Virus record (IMG/VR): IMGVR_UViG_3300022723_000240
Location: 3,769 to 67,768 of that record
Source of the DNA: a virus
Strand: one strand, 5' to 3'
DNA: 64,000 nt
How positions within the stretch are numbered: the stretch's first letter is position 1; each line of letters opens with the position of its first letter. The position numbers and the translations under genes were made by a program. Below, piece after piece: positions 46,854 to 57,076 of the stretch. The notes beneath the pieces were generated by a model. That model worked only from the letters and a program-made list of their open reading frames with translations. It was not told the origin of the DNA and made no database searches.

Positions 46854-48556
46854 CCTATCCAGGTTTCGGATAAACCATCATATCGTTTGAAGGTAGTACC
46901 GTCAAACCACTCATCGCCATGAATGGGATTACGGCCAAACAGCTTTTTAAGCCTAGGTAGAACGTCCGTATCGTAGTCAAATTTAGCATCATTCGCAGTA
47001 TTGACTAATAGAGTTACAGATTTTCTGAGGAATGCTCCAGAGTAACCAGGTGATTGAATGTCGCTGTTCTCATCAAATTCATCAAAGGTGACTTCATCAC
47101 CTAACCCTTGGTCCTGTTCTGTCACAAAACGATTATCATCAGACGGATGAAGAGGAACCGTTCTTCTAGCAGTGCTGCCAGATAATGCTTGAGCCTCCCC
47201 GATAGTCGGAATATTAAAAGGAGTCCGGTGAACAGCGAATTCGTTTAATTGCGCACTAAACGACCTATCAGCAGGCTCATCAACAATACCTGTAAAACTA
47301 TCAAAAAAGTCGCTGATAGCTGTATCAGTAGCCCATGTAGAGCTTAATTTGACGAACCCAGAACCAAAATTCTGGAAAAATAACTGAGAAGAAGCATCAA
47401 TATTATCACGTAGATTAAATAAGGGCGTAATCTCAAGAATATCGCCTGGGCTGCCTGTTCTTGAGATAGTAACCGAAGCAAACTCGATTAAAGCGTCAGA
47501 AGTACTACCAATAATCGTATTTGTGGTACTAAATACTAATTGTAGTTCATCAGCAGAAACATCTAGCCTACGGATTCTAGTTAACGATACCTTATAATTT
47601 TCAACAAGACTGTCTGATCGATCACCCATCGGAGCCGTAATAATAAAATGATCAAAGAGCAATGTCGGAATAGTGCTTTTTAAATCATTGGACACCAAAC
47701 TAGTGTCCGCTCTCCAAGGATAACTTAAAGCAGTTAAAACCGAGTTTTCATCTACACCAACTGGTGGGATTACATTGTAAGCGCTCGACACGAGCAAGCC
47801 AGATCCATGCGACACGACAACGTTACTGAAATCATCAGTTACATCTGGACCACCAGCTACAGAGTCTGAGATCTCATAATCAATTGGATCAACACCAGAA
47901 GTAGTGCCACTAGTGCCTTCTGGAGGTACCAATGCAGCCAAGAAATCAGAGTTGTCATCGGTATCGACGGTTCGGAATATAACAAATCCAGCTAAGGTCT
48001 GATGCTGATTCGAAGCAATTGGGTTGGCATCTTCAGCAATAGTAGCAGGCACTATGCTACGAATTTGATAAGTCAAATCGCTATCGATTTCATAGTCTAC
48101 ATAGAATAAGCCGACTTCTGTTGAACTGCCAACCATATTAGCAGTGAAAACGAAACGGATCGCACCCGTAAAAGTATCGTCAGTTACATCGCTCTCACCA
48201 GCAAAACGCTGTAATCTGGCTAGTCTCAAATTTTCCCAAGTATCTGGAATAGAGACGTGCATGTCCCAAATCCAACTTAATGGTAAGGATAAACTATTGG
48301 TCGCCACCTCAACGGTAGCTGGATTTAAGAATGGGAAATTGGCTTGATGGCTAATCCGAAGTCCAAGTTGATCAATCGACTTAGCTAAAATTAATTGTCT
48401 GACAACAATATCGCCCATCGGGCGGTTATAAGTATCAAAGAAATGTGGGTCCTGAGCAACAAGAAATCGTACAGCTAAAGTAGGTGTTTCCGTTATAGTC
48501 GGAAACACATTACCAGGAGTTACCAGTGGAATTAATGATGGATCTATAGCAGGCAT
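46850..48556 (-). CDS. putative virion structural protein
   Basis: 568 aa, acidic and beta-rich; YNRPMGDI resembles tail-fibre N-termini; AAATATA box upstream. Confidence 0.6.
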   Translation of the reverse strand: MPAIDPSLIPLVTPGNVFPTITETPTLAVRFLVAQDPHFFDTYNRPMGDIVVRQLILAKSIDQLGLRISHQANFPFLNPATVEVATNSLSLPLSWIWDMHVSIPDTWENLRLARLQRFAGESDVTDDTFTGAIRFVFTANMVGSSTEVGLFYVDYEIDSDLTYQIRSIVPATIAEDANPIASNQHQTLAGFVIFRTVDTDDNSDFLAALVPPEGTSGTTSGVDPIDYEISDSVAGGPDVTDDFSNVVVSHGSGLLVSSAYNVIPPVGVDENSVLTALSYPWRADTSLVSNDLKSTIPTLLFDHFIITAPMGDRSDSLVENYKVSLTRIRRLDVSADELQLVFSTTNTIIGSTSDALIEFASVTISRTGSPGDILEITPLFNLRDNIDASSQLFFQNFGSGFVKLSSTWATDTAISDFFDSFTGIVDEPADRSFSAQLNEFAVHRTPFNIPTIGEAQALSGSTARRTVPLHPSDDNRFVTEQDQGLGDEVTFDEFDENSDIQSPGYSGAFLRKSVTLLVNTANDAKFDYDTDVLPRLKKLFGRNPIHGDEWFDGTTFKRYDGLSETWIG

Positions 48557-48586
48557 AATGTCTTCCGGTTAGTGTATATTTGACAC

Positions 48587-48811
48587 TTATTTGCTGAGGG
48601 GCATCCGCCCCCTATTACTTTTGGCTTGTTCTTTAACTTTCGAGCGATGAACTGCTTTAATATCAATGTGCTTCCACATGTCTTGTATTTGCTGAACTTC
48701 TTGCTTTAACTGATTATAAGTTGCATCTCGTGAAGATGGTGGGATTGAATCTAACGCCTCCATCAACTTAGTGCATCTAACATCGGTCAGCTTAAGCCAA
48801 GTATTTTTCAT
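48587..48811 (-). CDS. hypothetical protein
   Basis: ATGA overlap with the upstream gene. Confidence 0.55.
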   Translation of the reverse strand: MKNTWLKLTDVRCTKLMEALDSIPPSSRDATYNQLKQEVQQIQDMWKHIDIKAVHRSKVKEQAKSNRGRMPLSK

Positions 48812-49233
48812 TTCTTCTTCTTTTTAGGATCTTTTCTTGCACATATGTTACCACTATATATCCCATCTTCACATTTAGTTACCTCAAGATACTTAGAAGA
48901 GTCTTTAACCATAATCAGCATTTCATAAAAAGAATCGATATCCATTAACAGGTCGCTAAGGGCTGTCAATACTTCTTCATTATCATTATATTTTTCCATT
49001 AGTTCTCTAATGTCACTGATCAGCACTTCTGTTTTACGGAGTGCTTCACCACTAGTGACATAATACATATATGGACTTATAATTACTTTGCCATCACATT
49101 TTATATCAGGAAAACTACGACGAATGTCTGGAAACATCCAAACGTTCTTAACCTTCTTGTCTTCAGAAATTTCACCTAGTCTAGGATAAGGTGTGATTTC
49201 AATGCATTTGTCGTAATATAGTTCTAAGTCCAT
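48808..49233 (-). CDS. hypothetical protein
   Basis: Directly follows fcl. Confidence 0.6.
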   Translation of the reverse strand: MDLELYYDKCIEITPYPRLGEISEDKKVKNVWMFPDIRRSFPDIKCDGKVIISPYMYYVTSGEALRKTEVLISDIRELMEKYNDNEEVLTALSDLLMDIDSFYEMLIMVKDSSKYLEVTKCEDGIYSGNICARKDPKKKKK

Positions 49234-50166
49234 TTAATTCCTCTTATACCAAGATACAGTTTTAGAAAGCCCGTCTTTTAAATTTGTAGAAGGCCCCCAA
49301 TCTAATATCTGCCTAGCTCTGCTAATATCAAGACATCTTCTCATTTGGCCATTAGGTTTAGAACTATCCCATACAAACTCACCATTAAAACCCAATAGAT
49401 CGCCTAAAGTTTCAACTAATTCTTTGATGGTAATTTCTTGACCAGTGCCAATATTGATTGGTTCTATTCCTGTTTCATCCATTATAACAGCCTTATAAAT
49501 AGCCTCTGCACAATCCTCAACATATAAGAATTCTCGCGACGGTGACCCATCACCCCAAACATCTACTAGATCCTCCCCACCACTAACTGCAGACTCAATC
49601 TTATTGATCATTGCTGGGATAACATGCGAGTTTTCAAGATCAAAATGATCATGGGGACCATACATATTAACAGGAACCAAATTCGCAATCTTCATTGAAA
49701 ATTCAGAATATGCTGCTTGCGCACCAATTAATCCATTCAACTTGGAGATGCCATAAGCACGATTTGTTGGCTCAGGCATGCCATGATTCATTAAATCATC
49801 TTCTGAAAATGGAACTGGGCAATGAGCAGCATAACTGCAAACAGTTCCTATCATCACTACTTTTTTGACATTTTCAGCCAAACAGGCGTCTAGAACATTA
49901 GCAGTAATACGTGTAGTAGCGGACCACAACTGATATGGCTTTATCTTATTTAATCCAATTCCACCACACATAGCTGCAAGATTTATAACATGAGTAATAC
50001 CATTATTAGATATCCAGCTCTTTAAACTCTCATAAACCGTAGCATCAACTTGAAAATTGCCTTCTAATCTCCTACTACCTGGGACTGCTATGACACCTTT
50101 ATCTTCCAAAAAGTGCATAACATTAATTCCTAAGAAACCACTAGCACCCAATACACCTACTTTCAT
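49234..50166 (-). CDS. fcl: GDP-L-fucose synthase (GDP-4-keto-6-deoxy-D-mannose epimerase/reductase)
   Basis: GASGFLG, HVINLAAMCGGI, GTVCSY, YGISK, NMYGPHDHFDLENSHVIPA, WGDGSPSREFLY, KPNGQMRR. Confidence 0.9.
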   Translation of the reverse strand: MKVGVLGASGFLGINVMHFLEDKGVIAVPGSRRLEGNFQVDATVYESLKSWISNNGITHVINLAAMCGGIGLNKIKPYQLWSATTRITANVLDACLAENVKKVVMIGTVCSYAAHCPVPFSEDDLMNHGMPEPTNRAYGISKLNGLIGAQAAYSEFSMKIANLVPVNMYGPHDHFDLENSHVIPAMINKIESAVSGGEDLVDVWGDGSPSREFLYVEDCAEAIYKAVIMDETGIEPINIGTGQEITIKELVETLGDLLGFNGEFVWDSSKPNGQMRRCLDISRARQILDWGPSTNLKDGLSKTVSWYKRN

Positions 50167-51104
50167 TTATTCTCCTTAGCAATCCATTCAATAACCCTTG
50201 CTGGGTCTATGCTAGACTTATAAAATATATTATTATCAGTATATCCGCACTTATTCATTAAAATCGATTCTGAAACACCGACTTCAATAATCTTAGGCTG
50301 ATTAGGAGCACAACAAGCCAGCATAGTAATACCAGAACCAACTCCGACCATAAAGTCACACAATGATAAGATCGCAATCGTCTGACGCCAAGGAATCCCA
50401 CGTCCATCAACTGTACCCGGAACTATGCCTTCTTTCTTACCAGCAAAAGATATACAATGATAACCCATCCTCTTAGCCATATCTGAAAACTTTTTGAATT
50501 TATCCACTCTCCATCCAACAGGATGAGAGTAGCTGTGGTATTCTAAGGCGATACACTTTTGACCATTTACAAAATTATTAGCAAACGCCCTATCTTCTTC
50601 TGTAATCGGGGCATGTAATTTACCACCACCCCGAATAGATCCTGGAGGTCTAATCTCAGCGTTATGAAAATACTGATGAGAAATTTGCGGATAAGACCAA
50701 GTATGTGATTTCCAAACTTCTCCAAATGGATGAATTGCAGGACATAGTATTTTATCAATACCAGTTATTTCTTTCATCATAAAATTGCCAAGCTTAATAC
50801 GATCTTGACCAGAAATACTTGAATTAATAGGCATAATCATATCAAAATCTTCATTATGCTCATGAACATTAAAATAGGCACTACCAACTATAAAAGCAAT
50901 TTTACAATTTGGATAGACAGTCTTATAATGCCTAGCTATCGGGGTGACATGTAGTGTATCGCCTAAATTTTTAGTCAATTTGATCAAGATGCGCATGTCT
51001 GTATTTTGGCTGCACAACCATTTAGCAGCCTCTAAAATTCTAACTTTAGCCGTTTGAAGTGGGTTTCTAATCCCTTTATCAACTCTAATAACTTTTCTAC
51101 TCAT
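50163..51104 (-). CDS. glycosyltransferase, GT9 (heptosyltransferase)-like
   Basis: NLGDTLHVTPIARHYKTVYPNCKI; CDFMVGVGSGITMLA. Confidence 0.7.
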   Translation of the reverse strand: MSRKVIRVDKGIRNPLQTAKVRILEAAKWLCSQNTDMRILIKLTKNLGDTLHVTPIARHYKTVYPNCKIAFIVGSAYFNVHEHNEDFDMIMPINSSISGQDRIKLGNFMMKEITGIDKILCPAIHPFGEVWKSHTWSYPQISHQYFHNAEIRPPGSIRGGGKLHAPITEEDRAFANNFVNGQKCIALEYHSYSHPVGWRVDKFKKFSDMAKRMGYHCISFAGKKEGIVPGTVDGRGIPWRQTIAILSLCDFMVGVGSGITMLACCAPNQPKIIEVGVSESILMNKCGYTDNNIFYKSSIDPARVIEWIAKENK

Positions 51105-52030
51105 TTCTTTGAGTATCCCCTAATACACTTATTTATCGCTTCAGCTATTTTAGCGACGTTATCTGTTTTAATGGAAACAGACGGGACACCATACATGCTT
51201 TTAACTGCTATTGCGTCTCCAATATTAATCTCAATGATAAAAGTATTGACTCCCTCGCTGCATGCTAACACACTTAATCCGCTGCCACATCCAACTAAAC
51301 AACCCGCACGTTCTATCATCACTTTAGCCTGTGACCAAGTGCACCCACGGGCATCAATGCCATGTTCCAATGGCGGATCATCAACAGATGCCGTATAAAC
51401 CACAGGACATTTAACAAGTTTAATTAACTCGTTATACTTATCTAATGACCAAGTACAATCATGCGGAGGTTTAGACAAAGTATAGCTGTTATACTCTAAA
51501 ACTGCATATTGCCTGCCACGAAGATTATGCCTTTTACAAAATCTATCATGCCAAGAATAATCTTCTCCGCTATGAGGGAAAAACGGTTTTCTAGGAACCT
51601 TAAGCTTTTTAATCTCTGCATTATGAAGAACATTATCCACGATGCTTCCTGCAACATCAAAACCAGAAACAGCACAAAGTGGGCACACGATTTTAAATAG
51701 GCCTAATTTTTCGAATTCTTTCTTCCAGTTTTGACGATCTTCGCTGCTCACATTATGAGGCAAATTGAACGCCACCACACCCATAGCATCTGCTGCTATA
51801 CGAAATTGTTTAAAATATTTTTCGGTAATCCCCCATAGAATCATGTGATTTGGATAAACTTTACGAAGATGCCTAACAACCACTGATGAATGTAGCGTAT
51901 CCCCAAAATTCTTAAGACCCTCTACAAATATAGTCTTTTCTTTGGGCCATTTAAAATGGTCCAAAGTCCTTTTTAAATTATCGATACCTTTTTCGTAAGC
52001 GTTCATGCCATCCCTGTCTCTAAAGCACAT
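51101..52030 (-). CDS. glycosyltransferase, GT9-like, paralog of the neighbour
   Basis: NFGDTLHSSVVVRHLRKVYP; CLVGCGSGLSVLA; shared LEYxSY and DxRG..W.Q; probable start MNAYEK. Confidence 0.7.
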   Translation of the reverse strand: MCFRDRDGMNAYEKGIDNLKRTLDHFKWPKEKTIFVEGLKNFGDTLHSSVVVRHLRKVYPNHMILWGITEKYFKQFRIAADAMGVVAFNLPHNVSSEDRQNWKKEFEKLGLFKIVCPLCAVSGFDVAGSIVDNVLHNAEIKKLKVPRKPFFPHSGEDYSWHDRFCKRHNLRGRQYAVLEYNSYTLSKPPHDCTWSLDKYNELIKLVKCPVVYTASVDDPPLEHGIDARGCTWSQAKVMIERAGCLVGCGSGLSVLACSEGVNTFIIEINIGDAIAVKSMYGVPSVSIKTDNVAKIAEAINKCIRGYSKK

Positions 52031-52710
52031 TTTGGAATCGCCAGCAATTTAAAGCCATCAACATTATAGAAAGCTCCTTCATGTGGTGGGTGCCAAAATG
52101 CTCTAGTTTTTCTTTCTACTATTAATCTATTATCGGTGTTTTTGATCTCTCTTAAAGATTCAAAATCTTTCATACTAAAGTAAGTACCACCACTCTGAGT
52201 GATTCTTGAAACATCACCAATTTTAAACATGTTCATTACTTCTTTAAAAATGTTAAATAGTTCATAATGTGAGCGAGACGCTAAACTATAAGCTGTTTCT
52301 TGATGAGAGATATCAAATTCGTTTACTTTAATTAAATCGCCAGTATCAATGCCACTATCAATATAATGAGCAGAAACACCCCAACTTCTCGTACCATTTA
52401 AAATTCCTCTAGTATAAGGTGCTACCCCTTTGTACTCTGGCAATGGCGCAGGGTGAAAATTGATGCACCCTAAAGCAGCACAAGATAGAATTGGTTCTTT
52501 AATAATTTTAGGATATAAAAATGACACTACTAAGTCAGGCTTAAATGCATTTCTAGTGATCCTGCCAATAAATTGCTCTTCACTTATGGCTGATGCATGA
52601 AAATCGTCATTGGAAACTAAGCATATTTTGGAAAATCGGCCACTGTCTTTGCACCATTGATAAACCAATTGCGAAGTTGGCTTGTTCTTAGTCATCAATA
52701 CAATATTCAC
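52003..52710 (-). CDS. N10-formyl-THF-dependent formyltransferase (likely sugar N-formyltransferase)
   Basis: INFHPAPLPEYKG; HYIDSGIDTGD. Confidence 0.85.
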   Translation of the reverse strand: MNIVLMTKNKPTSQLVYQWCKDSGRFSKICLVSNDDFHASAISEEQFIGRITRNAFKPDLVVSFLYPKIIKEPILSCAALGCINFHPAPLPEYKGVAPYTRGILNGTRSWGVSAHYIDSGIDTGDLIKVNEFDISHQETAYSLASRSHYELFNIFKEVMNMFKIGDVSRITQSGGTYFSMKDFESLREIKNTDNRLIVERKTRAFWHPPHEGAFYNVDGFKLLAIPKCALETGMA

Positions 52711-53978
52711 CGAACAACCCCATGAATTTTGTTCTTCTCTTTTTCATAACTTCTAAATCTGGTTCTAGCATCATTAATATCTATCTGACTTTGATATAGT
52801 TCCATATGTTTTTCATCTTGCGGAGGAGTTTTATTTCCAATCCACAATTTTAGATCTTCATATAGCTGCGCCATATCTTGGTCAGATGGCTTTTTTAATT
52901 TATGTGCCCACAAATAGGCATCTTGAGGAAAATCAGGAAATAGTTTTTGCAACACAATGTTTTGAGCTTCTTTAGCATCATCTAACTCAGTTCTAAGTCT
53001 ATCAAGTTTTTCTTTGCTTTTACGCCGATCTTCATCAGTATATTTAGCAGCAGCTTTCTTGGCCTTCGCTTCTTCAGCTTTCTTCTGCTGTTCCGCCTTT
53101 CTAGTATACATCCCTTCCGTTTTTTCATTTTTAGGCAGCATACTAGTGGCTGATTCAACAGCATCTTCTACGCTAATAAATGGGAATACTTTCAAGGCGC
53201 TGTCTGGATTACAATTGAATACTTCGAATCCAACTGCATCAAAATGTTCTTTTAGATTACCAAACCATTCTTTCATACTATTATAAGTGTTCATATTACC
53301 GCTAATACTACCTCGATTACGATCCTGAGGGAAATGATACTTATTTTTCTCATCCATATGCAAATCAACGCCAAGAAGATATAGGCGTCTAATACCTAAC
53401 AAAAACAGAATACGCACAGCTGCCATAAAAACAGATCGCCCACCACCAACATTAGAATGATTACCCCAGTTAATTGTATCTTCATACATATACTGGTCAG
53501 TGTTTACTACTTCATTTCTGCGGTAATAAACCACATTAGGACAATCACCTACTTTAGTTTTAGTGTCTCGCCAAGATTCACTGTCAAATAAATTCTTATG
53601 AATATGAGAGATGGGCACAATTTTTTGAATTTTAGGGTCAAGCCAAATAGAAGCCAGAAAATTCGACGGACTATCAACACATGTCCATAAATTTGGTCTA
53701 AAACTAGCAGGGCTATTATTCAAACCCATTGTTAATATTCCAGGTTGATCCAATAAGCTTCTATCGACCTGAGCAAAACTGGGGCCACTAGCGATTAAAA
53801 AAGCGTGCCCATCACGATATAATCCTTCTAAGGGAACATTAGCCAAGTTTTGAGTAAAAAACATTGGCGGAGCTGCAAAATAATCCGCAAATCTTAGATC
53901 ACCATTATCATATTCAGTCCTTTTTACATTGACTTTTTGATAGTCTTCTTCAATAGGTTGGTCATACTTTATATCCAT
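52707..53978 (-). CDS. Maf/DUF115-like putative glycosyltransferase with a coiled-coil tail
   Basis: FLIASGPS, GLNN, VD, LGIRRLYLLGVD, VFNCN. Confidence 0.65.
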   Translation of the reverse strand: MDIKYDQPIEEDYQKVNVKRTEYDNGDLRFADYFAAPPMFFTQNLANVPLEGLYRDGHAFLIASGPSFAQVDRSLLDQPGILTMGLNNSPASFRPNLWTCVDSPSNFLASIWLDPKIQKIVPISHIHKNLFDSESWRDTKTKVGDCPNVVYYRRNEVVNTDQYMYEDTINWGNHSNVGGGRSVFMAAVRILFLLGIRRLYLLGVDLHMDEKNKYHFPQDRNRGSISGNMNTYNSMKEWFGNLKEHFDAVGFEVFNCNPDSALKVFPFISVEDAVESATSMLPKNEKTEGMYTRKAEQQKKAEEAKAKKAAAKYTDEDRRKSKEKLDRLRTELDDAKEAQNIVLQKLFPDFPQDAYLWAHKLKKPSDQDMAQLYEDLKLWIGNKTPPQDEKHMELYQSQIDINDARTRFRSYEKEKNKIHGVVR

Positions 53979-53995
53979 GCTTTAGATACTGATGC

Positions 53996-54027
53996 TCCAC
54001 CCAGAAAGGCTAACATCTCTGGGTGGA
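53996..54027. terminator. intergenic hairpin
   Basis: TCCACCCAGA-N12-TCTGGGTGGA. Confidence 0.5.
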
Positions 54028-54047
54028 TCAAAAGAACCAAATATTGA

Positions 54048-56783
54048 TTAGCAGTTGATTTTCAACTGCCCAAGCATGAATTCGTTAAAGCCTTCATTTT
54101 GGTCACGTACTTCAACATCTCTAATGACCGCTCCTGGCCACATACGCAAACCAACCTTGCCCACTGGCAAGGAACTAATTGGGAAATAAGGAGTAGATAC
54201 TGCCACTGGAGTTGGCAATTCAGCAGAACCTTCTGCACTTGGTGTCACCAAGAGATTGTTCCACCAGACCCACAGCTGAGATCCACGCTTCATGATCATC
54301 AATTCATTCCACTTTTCAGTAGAATCCCCAACAGGTGCTGGCAAGAATCCGCCATCGTAGACTCTAAAATCGTCTGGATTAGACTCTACATCAGCACCAA
54401 TACCGTCATTGATAAAACCAGTCTGAATAAAAGCATCGCTAATAGTGAATTCACCTGGTAAGAACCCACGGACAAAATCATCCTGGAAATTGTCAGGATC
54501 ATCTAAGCTATAAGCAGTGCTCATGCTCAACGTACCAGCTAGAACTTGTAACTGAACTGACTCTTGATCAGCAGTTCTATTAATGCTAAATGATAGTCTA
54601 GTCGCAGGAGCAGTATAATCCTCATGCAACAGTTGAACGATAGTGGTGTTTTCTGACATGGCAACTAGCGCATCAGCTGTCACATCGGTAACATTGTTCA
54701 CAGTTACGGCAGTGCCACTAGCAAATTGCTGAATAAAGTCCTCATCAAATGGAAATACATCTTCCGTACCAACAAGGATAGCTCTTTCACCATCGAAAAT
54801 TTTATGGTTATATTTCCAAACGATGTCTCGATAAACTCCAGTCATGATTCTCAGAACGCCACGAGACGGTAGCTCATCCCACTCAGTACCAGTTACGACA
54901 ATAAAAGGCATACTCATGAACGGGCCGGTCTCATAAATGCCGCGTTCAGTCACCTTCATATAAAGATCTTCATAACTATCTATTGGGCCACCAGTGACGA
55001 TATCAATAGGAGGGAAACTATCAATCTCTTCAGTGGGTAAGCCAACCTTAACTCTCAATAAAAAATTACCATGATTTTGGCGATCCCACAACCAAATTGG
55101 CCGGTCACTAGTACCAACAGCAGCAACATTCATGTTAGTTGCCAGTATACCCAAATCTTTAACATCAATAACGCCATCGCTATTTAAATCTGCATCGGCA
55201 TTATAAGCTGACTCATCACTGGTAGTACCAATTAAGGCCATTAAGATGTTGAGATCATCCTCATCAACAACTCCATCACCATTCAGATCACCACGAGTAT
55301 CTCGCGGAGTCTCTTGGACTTTGAGGCCAGGTATGCTAGTATCCACGACCGCTTGAATATTATTATTAATCAACGTGCCGCCAGGCTCATAAACACCAGC
55401 AGAATTGATTTCTCCATCGTCAGCTAACAGTAAGTCATTTTCGTAGTGGGTAATACCCCAGCTATCATGTTCAAATAGTCTAACATCAGAAATAGGCTTA
55501 ATCGCGGCATCTTTTTCAGTGCCAGTACCAGTAACGCCAATCACATGGTTGATATCATCACGAGACTCCAATAAATCACCAAAACGAACACCATTAGAAT
55601 AAGCCCAAATATGCGACGGATTTAAATTAGGCTTTTTGTTGAAATAAGATTTAAATGTTCTGCTGCCATTGACATCACTAATTGTGAATTGGTAGAGTTC
55701 AACGACCTCACCAACGCTCAATAGCTGAACTGTCTTGTCTAATACCAGAGAAGTAGGCGTAGCATCCCCATTCTCTGGGTTATTGTATTTCCAAATATTT
55801 TGAGCTGTAAATTCTTCTCCAAGCGTTTCTTCATCCTCTACCTGCCACATTTTTACTTTGTAGAGGTTGGTATCAAGGACTGTTTCTTCGTAACCAGTAA
55901 TAATCGCATTTCGCCTAGTTATAGTCGCGCCATTATAAAGAATAGCACCAATTAATCCAGGCTCTTGTTCCTGCATTAACTCAAACTCGATTTGCCTACC
56001 TTCTCGATCACTTCCAACATACCAAATGGCCTCCGGGATACCGTTAGACCCCGGAGTCATAGACCAACCAACATTGGTAGTCAGGTCATCGCGACGCTTC
56101 AGGATTACATGATGTTCAGCAGTATTTGACTCATTACCATTTTCATACCTGCGGAATGTAATTGTGGGCATCATGCCCTTCTGATCGAAGAAATCAGTCG
56201 GACGATTAGGATTAAAAATCTGATTTTCTGGGTAGGTATAGATGCTAAAGGAGCCATATCCAGTGATGTCTGGCATAATGCCATTACAGCTAGGTGGTCT
56301 GACCGCTCTAGACTCTGATTCATCTTGAATCCAATAAATCTGAGCGCATTCTTCGCAATTGCAACTAAGAGGTATCGGAGAATCTACAGTAAAACGAATA
56401 ACATTACCAACACGCTCCAAACTAATAAATTCACTGCCAGCCGCTAATATGACATCGCCTTGCATCCACCCGCCATCGTCGGGGAATCCAGCACCCTGAA
56501 ACCCTAAAACGCCAAGGCGAGTCTGAGTTAAGGCATCTAATCTTGCCTTATCCTCAGCGGACATCAAACCGCGTAAGAACGGAGAAGATTCTGGAATTGG
56601 ATCAGTCGTTACGTGTGTCTGACCATGGAAAGCAGGAATGATTACCTGGGATTCTTTGTTGATGTATGTATTAGTTTCCAAGTCATATTGAAACGACTTT
56701 ATACTGCCATCAGGACCAGATACTTCAACAAACTGTCTGTCGACTACCGAACTAGATGGGGGTAATCCAATTTTTACTGTCAT
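54048..56783 (-). CDS. large putative virion protein containing a dockerin-like double Ca-binding repeat
   Basis: GLMSAEDKARLD fibre motif; GDLNGDGVVDEDDL...ADLNSDGVIDVKDL; lectin-like beta C-terminus. Confidence 0.7.
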   Translation of the reverse strand: MTVKIGLPPSSSVVDRQFVEVSGPDGSIKSFQYDLETNTYINKESQVIIPAFHGQTHVTTDPIPESSPFLRGLMSAEDKARLDALTQTRLGVLGFQGAGFPDDGGWMQGDVILAAGSEFISLERVGNVIRFTVDSPIPLSCNCEECAQIYWIQDESESRAVRPPSCNGIMPDITGYGSFSIYTYPENQIFNPNRPTDFFDQKGMMPTITFRRYENGNESNTAEHHVILKRRDDLTTNVGWSMTPGSNGIPEAIWYVGSDREGRQIEFELMQEQEPGLIGAILYNGATITRRNAIITGYEETVLDTNLYKVKMWQVEDEETLGEEFTAQNIWKYNNPENGDATPTSLVLDKTVQLLSVGEVVELYQFTISDVNGSRTFKSYFNKKPNLNPSHIWAYSNGVRFGDLLESRDDINHVIGVTGTGTEKDAAIKPISDVRLFEHDSWGITHYENDLLLADDGEINSAGVYEPGGTLINNNIQAVVDTSIPGLKVQETPRDTRGDLNGDGVVDEDDLNILMALIGTTSDESAYNADADLNSDGVIDVKDLGILATNMNVAAVGTSDRPIWLWDRQNHGNFLLRVKVGLPTEEIDSFPPIDIVTGGPIDSYEDLYMKVTERGIYETGPFMSMPFIVVTGTEWDELPSRGVLRIMTGVYRDIVWKYNHKIFDGERAILVGTEDVFPFDEDFIQQFASGTAVTVNNVTDVTADALVAMSENTTIVQLLHEDYTAPATRLSFSINRTADQESVQLQVLAGTLSMSTAYSLDDPDNFQDDFVRGFLPGEFTISDAFIQTGFINDGIGADVESNPDDFRVYDGGFLPAPVGDSTEKWNELMIMKRGSQLWVWWNNLLVTPSAEGSAELPTPVAVSTPYFPISSLPVGKVGLRMWPGAVIRDVEVRDQNEGFNEFMLGQLKINC

Positions 56784-56810
56784 GTCGCTAGACCTCTTTG
56801 TAGATTTGAA

Positions 56811-57068
56811 TTAAACGGTAGCTACCGACAGCCATACTGCCCTAACGTTTGAAATCTTTTTACGCTTATATAGTACGTTCTGCCTCGAATTATAGTAATA
56901 CTCAGTATGGTTAGTCAATGGGTCTGGTTCCCAAAACTGAACTAACACTTTATCACCAAGTATTTTTTCAATCAGAGTTAGAGGAAGACCACCATCACTA
57001 GGTATGCCTCTTATCCTAGATAGTTCTTCAAAGAACTCTTCCCTAAAATCAACATCAGTAGCCATCAT
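56811..57068 (-). CDS. hypothetical protein
   Basis: ATG just after an AAATATA box. Confidence 0.55.
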   Translation of the reverse strand: MMATDVDFREEFFEELSRIRGIPSDGGLPLTLIEKILGDKVLVQFWEPDPLTNHTEYYYNSRQNVLYKRKKISNVRAVWLSVATV

Positions 57069-57076
57069 TTTATATT

